Of a stretch of DNA of 64,000 nt, positions 40,090 to 48,912 are shown in pieces (within the stretch, counting starts at the first letter, position 1; every line of letters begins with the position of its first letter). Location of the stretch: assembly GCA_049115735.1 (NCBI GenBank), contig JAGDZP010000009.1:36355-100354 (forward strand). Direction: 5' to 3'. Source of the DNA: Cyclobacteriaceae bacterium (GTDB taxonomy: Bacteria > Bacteroidota > Bacteroidia > Cytophagales > Cyclobacteriaceae). The notes under the pieces were generated by a model. It searched no databases. It was not told the DNA's origin and worked only from the letters and a program-made list of their open reading frames with translations. Made by a program: the position numbers and the translations under genes.

Positions 40090-40878
40090 ATGTCTTTCGT
40101 AGGAAAAAATATAAAGAAGATTAGATCGCTCAAAAAGATCAGTCAGAGCGAATTTGCTAAGATTTTCAATCTTACCAGGGGTAGTATAGGAGCCTATGAG
40201 GAAGAGCGGGCTGAACCAAAAATTGACACAATAATTCAATTGGCTAATTATTTTGGCTTATCGATTGATGCCTTGATTAATAAGGAATTGACCATGAATG
40301 ACCTATACAGTCTGGATATGGTTAATGAAAAACTTAATGAAGCCCATCACTTCAAAAAAGAAACCAAGGCAACCTTTAGAAGAGGAGGAATTGGTTTGGT
40401 AAAAATTGACAATCAACTAGAGTATGTCGTTAATTTTAGCAACAAGGATTTCATCAATAAACTTCCTGGCATTGAATTTCCGGTGAACTTCAAAGGTATA
40501 GCTAGGGCTTTTGAACTGAATGGTAGTGAAATGGAATACCATCAAAATGGGTTACACCATGGTGATATACTTTTGTGTAGGCTCAGTGGTATTAAAGACA
40601 AAAAGCTAGAGAATGGAAAGGTGTATGTATTGGTAGGTGATGGACAGATCATCGTACGACGACTAAAGTCATTGGCAAAAAGCCAAATGACGTTTTCGAG
40701 TGACGATCCAAATTACGATGAATTAGAAATCCCTCACGAAAGCATAGTAGAAATGTGGGAGGTAAGGGGTGCATACAGCACATACCTAAATCCACCAAAG
40801 ATGATTGAAGAAAAGGTGATGTTACTGGAAATGCAGATGGCAGATTTTCAAAAGCAGTTGAAGGGGCTGTCCAAATAA
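40090..40878 (+). CDS. XRE-family HTH transcriptional regulator with a C-terminal S24 (LexA/CI-like) peptidase domain
   Basis: N-terminal ISQSEFAKIFNLTRGSIGAYEEERAEPKIDTIIQLANYFGLSIDAL is a canonical HTH_XRE. The C-terminus has NGSEM...GDILLC...GQIIVRRLK, which is S24-like. Confidence 0.7.
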   Translation: MSFVGKNIKKIRSLKKISQSEFAKIFNLTRGSIGAYEEERAEPKIDTIIQLANYFGLSIDALINKELTMNDLYSLDMVNEKLNEAHHFKKETKATFRRGGIGLVKIDNQLEYVVNFSNKDFINKLPGIEFPVNFKGIARAFELNGSEMEYHQNGLHHGDILLCRLSGIKDKKLENGKVYVLVGDGQIIVRRLKSLAKSQMTFSSDDPNYDELEIPHESIVEMWEVRGAYSTYLNPPKMIEEKVMLLEMQMADFQKQLKGLSK

Positions 40879-40879
40879 G

Positions 40880-41833
40880 TTACTCGGAATACACATTTTG
40901 TAACCAGGCAAAAAGCTCCATACTCCATGCCAGGGCTACATGCAATATTACTCCACCCCAGATCCTGTTCGTATAAAAAGCCAGGATGCCTATTAGGTAG
41001 CCACCAAATGCTGAGCTGATCGTTTCTGGCAGTGGCTTGCCAAAGTGCAAGAAAACATAACTGCCAACCATCGCAATCACGGCATGTCCTCCAAGCACCC
41101 TGGCAAAAGCTATGACTAAAAAACCTCTAAAAAATAGCTCAACGCTAATGTAGTAGGAGCCATATACCAGCTCATATACCAGAACTGATATGAGCTCGGG
41201 AATATCGTGAACATCAGCAAAGGCTGTTCCGCCAGAATGTTTATATCGAGGGTAGTAGGTGTTGAGCTCAGACAAGAAAGACGCTATTGCCATCCCACCG
41301 AAAACAAGAAGTACTAGTATTATGTATGGTTTAAAATCGAAGTGTTTGAGGGTGAGTCCATACCAATGTCTTTCCGTATCATTAGTCCTTTCATAGAAAT
41401 AATAAAATATCATTAGCGGCAGTACAGTAGCTATCAAGCTATCACCCCAGTTAATTGCTCTAAAAGCAAAAATGTAATCTACTCGTGGGAGCGTCCTAAG
41501 AAAGTCGTTGAAATAATAAAATTGACGATCAAAACTGATTATTGCGAATCCAACAATGAACTTGATCCAGTATTCTTTTGAATTTAGCCAGGTCTTCTGA
41601 ATTCCAAAAACATAAAGCAATCCGCAGGTCACGAGAAATGGAAATGACATGTGGAGAAACATAAAGAGCCATTTCAGCTCCGATCCATGATAGCTGTCCA
41701 GAATTGAGTCTTCAAAATCGTACTTGTAGTTGAAGTAAATACAGATGCCTAAGAAGACAGTTACACTCAAATAGAACTTCCAATGAAAGTGTTCTCTCAG
41801 ATATTTTTTGAGGTATTGGAGAATGGTGTTCAT
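40880..41833 (-). CDS. CPBP-family (CAAX/Abi) intramembrane metalloprotease
   Basis: Polytopic. Has SVELFFRGF (E-x3-R) and FLHFG/HVALAW histidine motifs in TM helices. Confidence 0.5.
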   Translation of the reverse strand: MNTILQYLKKYLREHFHWKFYLSVTVFLGICIYFNYKYDFEDSILDSYHGSELKWLFMFLHMSFPFLVTCGLLYVFGIQKTWLNSKEYWIKFIVGFAIISFDRQFYYFNDFLRTLPRVDYIFAFRAINWGDSLIATVLPLMIFYYFYERTNDTERHWYGLTLKHFDFKPYIILVLLVFGGMAIASFLSELNTYYPRYKHSGGTAFADVHDIPELISVLVYELVYGSYYISVELFFRGFLVIAFARVLGGHAVIAMVGSYVFLHFGKPLPETISSAFGGYLIGILAFYTNRIWGGVILHVALAWSMELFAWLQNVYSE

Positions 41834-41850
41834 GAAATCGAGAGGTGAAT

Positions 41851-42666
41851 TTATTTCATATACTTCTCCATCAACTCCTTCATTTCTTGCTGAAGAGATT
41901 TCGCTTCCTGGTTGGCTACATCTGCGAAATCTTCCCCATTACTTTTATAGATGATGCCCCGAGCAGAGTTGACAATTAGCCCGCAGTTGGTGTTCATTCC
42001 GTATTTGCATACGGCTTCCAAGTCACCACCTTGTGCACCAATACCAGGGACAAGTAAGAAATGATCAGGAATAATCTCACGAATTTCAGTCAGGTACTCA
42101 GGCCTGGTGGCACCTACTACGTACATCAGCTCTTCTGATGAGCCCCATTCACTGGATTTTGAAAGGACATGTTTATACAGGGCTTTGCCATAAGCTTCTA
42201 AGAATTGAAAATCTTTACCTCCTTCGTTGGAGGTAACCGCAAGTAGGATCACCCACTTGCCATCAAACTGCAAAAATGGTGAGACTGAATCCACACCCAT
42301 ATACGGCGCAACTGTCACGGAATCAAAATTCATATTATCGAAAAAAGCCCTGGCGTACAATGATGAGGTATTGCCAATATCACCACGCTTGGCATCTGCA
42401 ATCGTGAAAATGTCTTCAGGAATATAGTTCACTGTTTTCTCCAAAGACTCCCATCCCTTGGCGCCCATAGCTTCATAAAAAGCGATATTCGGCTTGTAGG
42501 CAATAGAGAAATCTTTAGTGGCGTCTATGATCTGCTTATTGAATTCAAAGATGGGATCTTCGAGATCCAGTAGATGTTTTGGTATCTTGTTAATATCCGT
42601 ATCCAATCCCACACAAAGGAATGATTCCTTCTTTTTAATCTGCTCAAATAACTCTGCTTTTGTCAT
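41851..42666 (-). CDS. pyrF: Orotidine 5'-phosphate decarboxylase (long type)
   Basis: [18 protein letters not shown] and VTVAPYMG motifs. Confidence 0.85.
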   Translation of the reverse strand: MTKAELFEQIKKKESFLCVGLDTDINKIPKHLLDLEDPIFEFNKQIIDATKDFSIAYKPNIAFYEAMGAKGWESLEKTVNYIPEDIFTIADAKRGDIGNTSSLYARAFFDNMNFDSVTVAPYMGVDSVSPFLQFDGKWVILLAVTSNEGGKDFQFLEAYGKALYKHVLSKSSEWGSSEELMYVVGATRPEYLTEIREIIPDHFLLVPGIGAQGGDLEAVCKYGMNTNCGLIVNSARGIIYKSNGEDFADVANQEAKSLQQEMKELMEKYMK

Positions 42667-42734
42667 AGGCCAAAATTAATTTGATTTAGTTAACCTTAAA
42701 GGTGCATCCTAATCTATTTTTACATCAATTCAAT

Positions 42735-42758
42735 CTGTCGACAGTCAACAGTCGACAG
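42735..42758. promoter_or_regulatory. Two copies of a GTCGACAG palindrome-containing motif (CTGTCGACAG ... CAGTCGACAG) immediately upstream of the radical SAM start
   Basis: Read directly. 14-nt periodicity, with each copy containing the GTCGAC palindrome. Confidence 0.35.
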
Positions 42759-42770
42759 ACGATTGCTAAA

Positions 42771-43748
42771 ATGCGCATAATCAACTACCCCATATTGTGC
42801 AACTACTATGTTACCTACCGCTGCAATGCGAAATGTGGTTTCTGTGATATATGGGAGCGGCCTTCTCCTTACGTGGACCTTCAAACTGTCGAGAGGAACC
42901 TGTTTGACCTGAAAAAACTTGGAGTGAAGGTCATTGACTTTACCGGTGGCGAACCTCTGCTCCATCGTGAAATAGATATAATCCTTGGTTTGGCAAAGGA
43001 GATGGGTTTCATTACCACCCTGACAACTAATTGTTTACTCTACCCAAAACTAGCTGAGCGCCTATATGGAAAGATTGATATGCTGCATTTTTCTCTTGAT
43101 TCAGCAGATGCCCTGCAACATGATGATTTGCGAGGAGTGGCTTGTTTTAATTTTGTAATGGAATCGATTGAAATAGCCAACAACCTGGGTGAGCGGCCTG
43201 ATATTTTGTTTACGGCATTTGAGCATAACCTCAATCAACTGGAGCGGGTGTACAAGGAAATTTGTCTACCTAATGATTTGCTGTTGATTGTCAATCCGGC
43301 GTTCGACTATAACAATGTAGATGCTGGTGAAAGCTTGAGCCCTGAGTCTCTGGAGTTGTTGTCGCAATGGGCGGGTAAAAAGAATGTTTACCTGAACGAA
43401 GCATTCATAGAGCTGAGAAAAAACGGAGGTAACCACAGCATTGATCCAATATGCAAGGCAGCCAGTACTACGATTGTGATTAGCCCTGAAAACGAACTGG
43501 TACTCCCGTGCTATCACCTGGGAGAAAAGTCATTTCCAATTGAAGACAAGTTGTTTCAGCTTTACCAATCGGAGGAAGTGCAAAAAATAGTGGCCCTCGA
43601 AGGCAGGTTGCCAGCGTGCGAAGGTTGTGCAATTAACTGCTATATGCAGCCTTCTTTTGCAGTGGAATTGAACAAATATTGGTGGAAGGCCCTGAAAAGT
43701 ACTTTTAAATACAATCGGATAAAAGGTACCTGGAAGCAGCTTTTCTAA
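42771..43748 (+). CDS. Radical SAM protein with a C-terminal SPASM-like Cys cluster
   Basis: CNAKCGFC (CxxxCxxC) near the N-terminus, and the later cysteine cluster CEGCAINC. Start taken at MRIINYP (42771), not the ORF-track 42702. Confidence 0.7.
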   Translation: MRIINYPILCNYYVTYRCNAKCGFCDIWERPSPYVDLQTVERNLFDLKKLGVKVIDFTGGEPLLHREIDIILGLAKEMGFITTLTTNCLLYPKLAERLYGKIDMLHFSLDSADALQHDDLRGVACFNFVMESIEIANNLGERPDILFTAFEHNLNQLERVYKEICLPNDLLLIVNPAFDYNNVDAGESLSPESLELLSQWAGKKNVYLNEAFIELRKNGGNHSIDPICKAASTTIVISPENELVLPCYHLGEKSFPIEDKLFQLYQSEEVQKIVALEGRLPACEGCAINCYMQPSFAVELNKYWWKALKSTFKYNRIKGTWKQLF

Positions 43749-44164
43749 TGATTAGTCTCGTCTTTGTATAATTCTGTAAAGACTTTGTCAACAGGCTCCC
43801 ATAGTTCGATTTTGTTCCCTTCAGGATCCATGATCCAGGCGAACTTGCCATACTCATACTCTTCCATCTCACCAATTTGCTCGACACCCATGCCTTTCAA
43901 TTCTTTCAATAGCGCTTTAAGGTCATCAACTCAATAGTTGACCATAAACTGCTTTTTGGAAGGTTCGAAGTGCTTCGAGTTTTCTGACATTGTGCTCCAT
44001 TGTAGGTATTGCTTTTCTTCTGGATTGTCAGTGTTTCTAAATTCGAATAAGGAACCATACTCATTGGTAACTAAGCCCAGATTCTTGGCGTACCATTCGC
44101 GCATTTCATCTGGTTTTTTGCATTTCAAAAATATTCCACCCACACCAGTAACTTTTTTCATAAT
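43745..44164 (-). pseudogene. VOC (glyoxalase/bleomycin-resistance fold) family gene interrupted by an in-frame TGA
   Basis: The 44164..43934 minus-strand frame (MKKVTGVGGIFLKCKKPDEMREWYAKNLG...) continues in the same frame after the TGA at 43931-43933 complement, as VDDLKALLKELKGMGVEQIGEMEEYEYGKFAWIMDPEGNKIELWEPV...* ending at 43745. Together the halves give a typical ~140-aa VOC protein. Confidence 0.5.
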
Positions 44165-44383
44165 CTTGTTTTCTGATCTACCCAAATATACTTGATTCGA
44201 CTCAAGGATTTACGAATGAAAACAGTCATTAACAAGACTTCTGTTGAAAGTCTAATGCACTTACTCTAAAATATTTGAATAAGACCGGATTCATACCCCA
44301 AAAAATAAATTCAGAATGATGAATTCATAGAGATTGGACTATATTTGTGCGGAATTTATCAGAGCATAAAAAATCAATCTTAG

Positions 44384-45691
44384 ATGTCTTCTTTTATCAT
44401 TATTACTTCAATTGTAGCCTTCACCGTGGTGATCCTACTTTTGGTATTTATCCTTCTTTTTGCACAATCCAAACTGGTACAGTCAGGAGATGTGAAAATC
44501 ACTATCAACGGTGATGCGGATAATCCGATTACTGCCTCAGCAGGTTCTACATTGCTGTCTACTTTGGGTGGTCAAAAGATATTTCTTCCTTCTGCATGCG
44601 GTGGAGGTGGAACCTGCGCGATGTGTAAGTGTACAGTGCTAGATGGTGGTGGTGATGTACTTCCTACCGAGGTTGGACATTTGAGCCGTACAGAGCAAAA
44701 AGAAAAGGTAAGGTTGTCTTGTCAGGTGAAAGTGAAGGAAGACATGAATATTGAGATACCGGAAGAAATTTTTGGTATTAAAAAATGGGAGTGCGAAGTA
44801 ATCTCCAACTTCAATGTGGCAACATTCATTAAGGCTTTCATTGTTCGATTACCTGAAGGAGAAACACTGGATTTTCAGGCCGGTGGTTACATTCAGATCG
44901 ATGTGCCCAAATGTGAGGTAGATTATAAAGATATTGACATCAGTCCCGACCCTAGCGATCCTGAAGGTCCAGATAAATTCAAAGAGGACTGGGACAAGTT
45001 TGGTTTGTGGGATTTGAAAATGAAAAATGATGAGCCGATTTTTAGGGCTTATTCTATGGCCAATCACCCTGCGGAAGGCAACATTGTTATGTTGACTATT
45101 CGGATTGCTACGCCACCTTGGGATAGAAGCAAAAACGCATGGATGGATGTTAATCCAGGGGTCTGTTCTTCTTATGTATTCTCAAGAAAAGTTGGTGACA
45201 AAGTAACTATTTCAGGGCCTTACGGTGAGTTCTTCATCAAAGAGACTGAATCTGAAATGATATATGTAGGTGGTGGTGCTGGTATGGCTCCAATGAGATC
45301 TCACTTGTTTCACCTCTTCCATACTTTGAAAACTGGAAGAAAGGTCACTTACTGGTATGGCGGTCGTTCTAAAAGAGAACTATTCTACATAGAAGATTTT
45401 AAGAATATTGAAAGGGAGTTTCCTAACTTCAAATTCTTCGTAGTATTGTCTGATCCATTGCCTGAAGACAATTGGGTAGAGAAGAAGGATATGGACGACC
45501 CTGAAGGTGATGGCTTCCTTGGTTTCGTACACAATGCGGTAATCGATCAACAGCTGAAGAAACATGATGCACCGGAAGATATAGAGTTTTACTTCTGTGG
45601 TCCTCCTATGATGAACTCTGCAGTTTTAAAAATGTGTGAGGACTGGGGAGTGCCTGATGAAAATGTGGCATTTGACGACTTTGGAGGCTAA
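44384..45691 (+). CDS. nqrF: Na+-translocating NADH:quinone oxidoreductase subunit F-like protein (TM + 2Fe-2S ferredoxin + FAD/NADH domains); stand-alone
   Basis: N-terminal [14 protein letters not shown] 2Fe-2S cluster, RAYSMAN FAD motif, and [11 protein letters not shown] motif. Confidence 0.8.
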   Translation: MSSFIIITSIVAFTVVILLLVFILLFAQSKLVQSGDVKITINGDADNPITASAGSTLLSTLGGQKIFLPSACGGGGTCAMCKCTVLDGGGDVLPTEVGHLSRTEQKEKVRLSCQVKVKEDMNIEIPEEIFGIKKWECEVISNFNVATFIKAFIVRLPEGETLDFQAGGYIQIDVPKCEVDYKDIDISPDPSDPEGPDKFKEDWDKFGLWDLKMKNDEPIFRAYSMANHPAEGNIVMLTIRIATPPWDRSKNAWMDVNPGVCSSYVFSRKVGDKVTISGPYGEFFIKETESEMIYVGGGAGMAPMRSHLFHLFHTLKTGRKVTYWYGGRSKRELFYIEDFKNIEREFPNFKFFVVLSDPLPEDNWVEKKDMDDPEGDGFLGFVHNAVIDQQLKKHDAPEDIEFYFCGPPMMNSAVLKMCEDWGVPDENVAFDDFGG

Positions 45692-45716
45692 GCCAATCGA
45701 AAAAATAAAGAACAAA

Positions 45717-45743
45717 AGAGGGGAATTTGATTCCCCTTTTTTT
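45717..45743 (+). terminator. Rho-independent terminator after nqrF
   Basis: GAGGGGAAT-TTG-ATTCCCC followed by T7. Confidence 0.65.
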
Positions 45744-45783
45744 ATGTAGTTTTGGTAAGAGCAACCCTGCTAAAAGCTAATAC

Positions 45784-46935
45784 ATGGACCTTAAGCTATT
45801 TTTTGATTCAATTGACGAGAAGCTGGCTTCTCATTCTCTTCCTACAGATTCACTATTCAACTTCATTTATGTGAATGAGCATAAAATGCCTGAAAAAGAA
45901 GGTATGGATATGGCAATAATTGGATTGAATGAGATTAGGGGCAATGCAAGTATTTCAAGAACCGGCACGGATGTTATTAGGGAAAAACTCTACTCTTTGA
46001 AGCGTGGCTTGGGTACATGCAATATAGCTGACCTTGGTAACCTGAGAAATGGACCCACGCTTGATGAAACCATCATCCGTTTGAAAGAGGTGTTGTTTCA
46101 TCTGATGGAAAACAATATCTTGCCGATCTTAATCGGAGGTACTCACGACCTGGATATAGGTCAATATCTGGCATTTGAGAATCAGGAAAAGTTAGTTTCA
46201 CTCTTAAATATTGATTCTCGGTTTGATTTGGAGGAAGGGGAAGAGTGTAGTCCCAGCCAGAGACATTTGCACAATATCTTTACACACGAGCCAAACTATT
46301 TATTCAATTATAATCAGCTGGGTCATCAGAGCTATTTTGTTAACCCATCCGCATTGAAAGTGATGGAACAATTGAATTTTCAGACACATCGGCTAGGTGA
46401 CGTGCGTGAAGATTTACACAGGATGGAGCCCATCATTCGAGAGGCCGATATGCTCACCTTCGATATATCGGCGATCAAGAATCAATATTGCCCGGGAGGA
46501 AGTACTTCTGATGTATTTGGGCTAACAGGGGAGGAGGCTTGTCAGATCTGCTGGTATGCCGGCATGAACGACAAACTAAGCTCTGCAGGGTTTTATGAAT
46601 ATGATCCGGACAAAGACCATGATGATCAACCTACGGCAATGACCATAGCTGTGATGATCTGGTATTTTATTGAGGGGTTTAAGAATAGAAAAGGAGAGCG
46701 TGGTTTTCAAACTAACGACTTTTTAAAATATGTGGTGTCAACTGACGATGCGCCCGGGGACATAGTATTTTACAAAAGTCAGCTTTCGGAAAAATGGTGG
46801 GTTGAAGTTCCTAACCCATCTCAAAAAGGCATTTACGACAGAAACCTGGTGGTGCCATGCGATTACTCCGATTATGAAAAGGCCACCAAAGGAGAGATGC
46901 CGGAGCGTTACCTAAACGCCATTTCAAAAGCCTAA
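45784..46935 (+). CDS. Arginase/ureohydrolase-fold family protein (formiminoglutamase/agmatinase-like)
   Basis: LIGGTHDLDIG and FDISAI segments resemble ureohydrolase motifs. I could not identify a canonical DxHxD. Confidence 0.4.
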   Translation: MDLKLFFDSIDEKLASHSLPTDSLFNFIYVNEHKMPEKEGMDMAIIGLNEIRGNASISRTGTDVIREKLYSLKRGLGTCNIADLGNLRNGPTLDETIIRLKEVLFHLMENNILPILIGGTHDLDIGQYLAFENQEKLVSLLNIDSRFDLEEGEECSPSQRHLHNIFTHEPNYLFNYNQLGHQSYFVNPSALKVMEQLNFQTHRLGDVREDLHRMEPIIREADMLTFDISAIKNQYCPGGSTSDVFGLTGEEACQICWYAGMNDKLSSAGFYEYDPDKDHDDQPTAMTIAVMIWYFIEGFKNRKGERGFQTNDFLKYVVSTDDAPGDIVFYKSQLSEKWWVEVPNPSQKGIYDRNLVVPCDYSDYEKATKGEMPERYLNAISKA

Positions 46936-46938
46936 CTT

Positions 46939-47172
46939 TTAATGCTCGGGCATGATTATCCATAGGATGATGTAGACTAATAGGCCAGGAAAGGCTGCAC
47001 TAAAAATGGAGATCAGGATATAACCCAATCTTGTTAATGCAGGATCAAAACCGAAATAGTCTGCTATTCCTGCACAAACACCAGCTATTACCCTGTCGTT
47101 GGATCTTGTTAATTTTCTTGTCATGGTTTTCATTTTATCATATTTAAGTTTGACATTAACCTTAATGCCCAA
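46939..47172 (-). CDS. pspC: PspC-domain mini-protein (77 aa)
   Basis: LTRSNDRVIAGVCAGIADYFGFDPALTRLGYILISIF...LLVYIILWIIMPE is a near-consensus PspC domain. Confidence 0.85.
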   Translation of the reverse strand: MGIKVNVKLKYDKMKTMTRKLTRSNDRVIAGVCAGIADYFGFDPALTRLGYILISIFSAAFPGLLVYIILWIIMPEH

Positions 47173-47200
47173 GACTGTACTAAAATAAGGAAAATTTCAT

Positions 47201-47488
47201 TTAGTGCTTGCGCAGAAATGCTTGAATTAATTGAGTGGCCTTTTCAGATGAATGTTGGAAAATCTTTTCAGATACATCCCGCTTCATCTTTGAGTTGTTC
47301 GTCCAACCAAACCTCATGTTGCTTGTATCGACTGCTTTGGAATTGAATCCAATCAGAATAGCTACGAGTACTCCTAAGATTATCAGCAGAATTTTCGGAG
47401 CATTGAATTTTGTCTTATTCATCAGTTTAGTTGGTAAAACTTTTATTTGAGTTTTTGACCAACTACTGTTTGGCAAGTGACGTGCCAT
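47201..47488 (-). CDS. Small single-TM protein downstream of the PspC mini-protein
   Basis: Hydrophobic helix KILLIILGVLVAILIGF. The likely start is the internal MNKTKF. Confidence 0.3.
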   Translation of the reverse strand: MARHLPNSSWSKTQIKVLPTKLMNKTKFNAPKILLIILGVLVAILIGFNSKAVDTSNMRFGWTNNSKMKRDVSEKIFQHSSEKATQLIQAFLRKH

Positions 47489-47637
47489 AAATCATAAGTT
47501 GTTGATAATCAGTGTTTAGTAAATCTTTTCGTTTTTATTAACTGAGCAATGTGTAACGATTTCGAACACAGTCGTTCGCTTTTATGATCGGGAATGATCA
47601 GATATGGACAAGACTGATTATTGATGGACTTTAGGAG

Positions 47638-48888
47638 TTACTCATTTTTCCCTGCATGGTCAAGTACGGCATTCCACACTCTGAATACATTTTTAGAGCA
47701 AATTTTCTCTAAGTCTTCTTCTGAGTAGTTTCTCGCGAGTAGTTCATCGATTAGGTTTGGAATGTCTTTCACATCCTTGAGTCCTTCAGGAAGTGAATTC
47801 CCAACACCGTCAAAATCAGACCCCAATCCAACATGATCTATGCCGACCAAGTTTACCACATGATCAATATGGTCTACAACCTTTTTTACATTTGAAAAAA
47901 CATTGTTCTTTTCCAGCCACACAGCTTCAAATATTTTAACAATGCTGTCAGATTCTTTTAGATTCATTTTTTCTGAATAGGCCTTTCGAGCCACCTTCAT
48001 TTTTGCCCACAGGTCTTTGGATCGTTGAGAAATGAAAGTCGAACCAAAATTGATCTGAATGACACCACCTTTTTCTGCTAACAATTTGATCATATCATCA
48101 CTCATGTTTCTTTCAAATCCCGGAGTGAACTTGCGTACGGAGGAATGTGAGGCAATGCAGGGAACCTCACTTATTTGCATTACCTGGTAAAACGCACTGT
48201 CTGATATGTGAGATACGTCTACCATGATGCCTTGCCTGTTCATCTCCAACACCACTTCTTTCCCAAATGGACTCAGTCCATTCCATTTTCTTTCCGGATC
48301 ATAAGAAGAGTCACATATCTGGTTCACTTTTCCATGGGTCAAAGTAATGTACCTAATGCCTCTATCATAGAAATATTTTACATCCTCAAGTGTTTCTATG
48401 GGAGAACCATTTTCCATGCCCATAGGTAGAGAAATCAACCCCTTTTGGAAATTATTTTGTACATCTTTTGGAGATGATGCAGGAGCAAAATGATCTGGAA
48501 AAGAGCTGTTGATCAAGTTAACCAAGTCAATGAGTGAATCAGCCATGGCTTTGGAGCCACCAGATTTTTGTAGTGAGGCAGGGATAAAAATCGACATAAA
48601 TGGTGCATCAAGTCCGCCTGATTTTGCTCTTGGAACATCAAATTCTCCAGCTATTCCATTGACCAGATCGGGCGTGTTCTTAAGGTCAAGATAACCCATA
48701 TCGGCGAGCATATACGGCAGATCAATATGCCCATCTGTAATAATAAATTGCTCAGCTAGCTTTTTAGCCTTTTCAAGGCGTAATTCAGATGGGCTACTTT
48801 TTTCTTCGCTCGATTTGTTTCCTGTGGAGCAGGAAAAAATCATCGAACTGAGAAGTGTAATAAACAATAGTTGAATGGTAGTTTTCAT
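47638..48888 (-). CDS. Membrane dipeptidase (peptidase M19) lipoprotein
   Basis: Lipobox MIFSCS, ITDGHIDLPY, and the HxD/E metal ligands typical of renal dipeptidase homologs. Confidence 0.8.
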   Translation of the reverse strand: MKTTIQLLFITLLSSMIFSCSTGNKSSEEKSSPSELRLEKAKKLAEQFIITDGHIDLPYMLADMGYLDLKNTPDLVNGIAGEFDVPRAKSGGLDAPFMSIFIPASLQKSGGSKAMADSLIDLVNLINSSFPDHFAPASSPKDVQNNFQKGLISLPMGMENGSPIETLEDVKYFYDRGIRYITLTHGKVNQICDSSYDPERKWNGLSPFGKEVVLEMNRQGIMVDVSHISDSAFYQVMQISEVPCIASHSSVRKFTPGFERNMSDDMIKLLAEKGGVIQINFGSTFISQRSKDLWAKMKVARKAYSEKMNLKESDSIVKIFEAVWLEKNNVFSNVKKVVDHIDHVVNLVGIDHVGLGSDFDGVGNSLPEGLKDVKDIPNLIDELLARNYSEEDLEKICSKNVFRVWNAVLDHAGKNE

Positions 48889-48912
48889 TTATACTTTGTT
48901 GTTAGATGATTT

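Noticed and set aside
42702-42770. The N-terminal extension of the radical SAM ORF from ATG 42702
   Set aside because: The extension contains the GTCGAC repeat motifs and has no rSAM homology. The MRIINYP start at 42771 gives the typical distance to the CxxxCxxC motif.
43931-43933. In-frame TGA in the VOC gene as selenocysteine
   Set aside because: VOC proteins are not known selenoproteins and no SECIS-like stem-loop is evident downstream. A pseudogene or sequencing error is more parsimonious.
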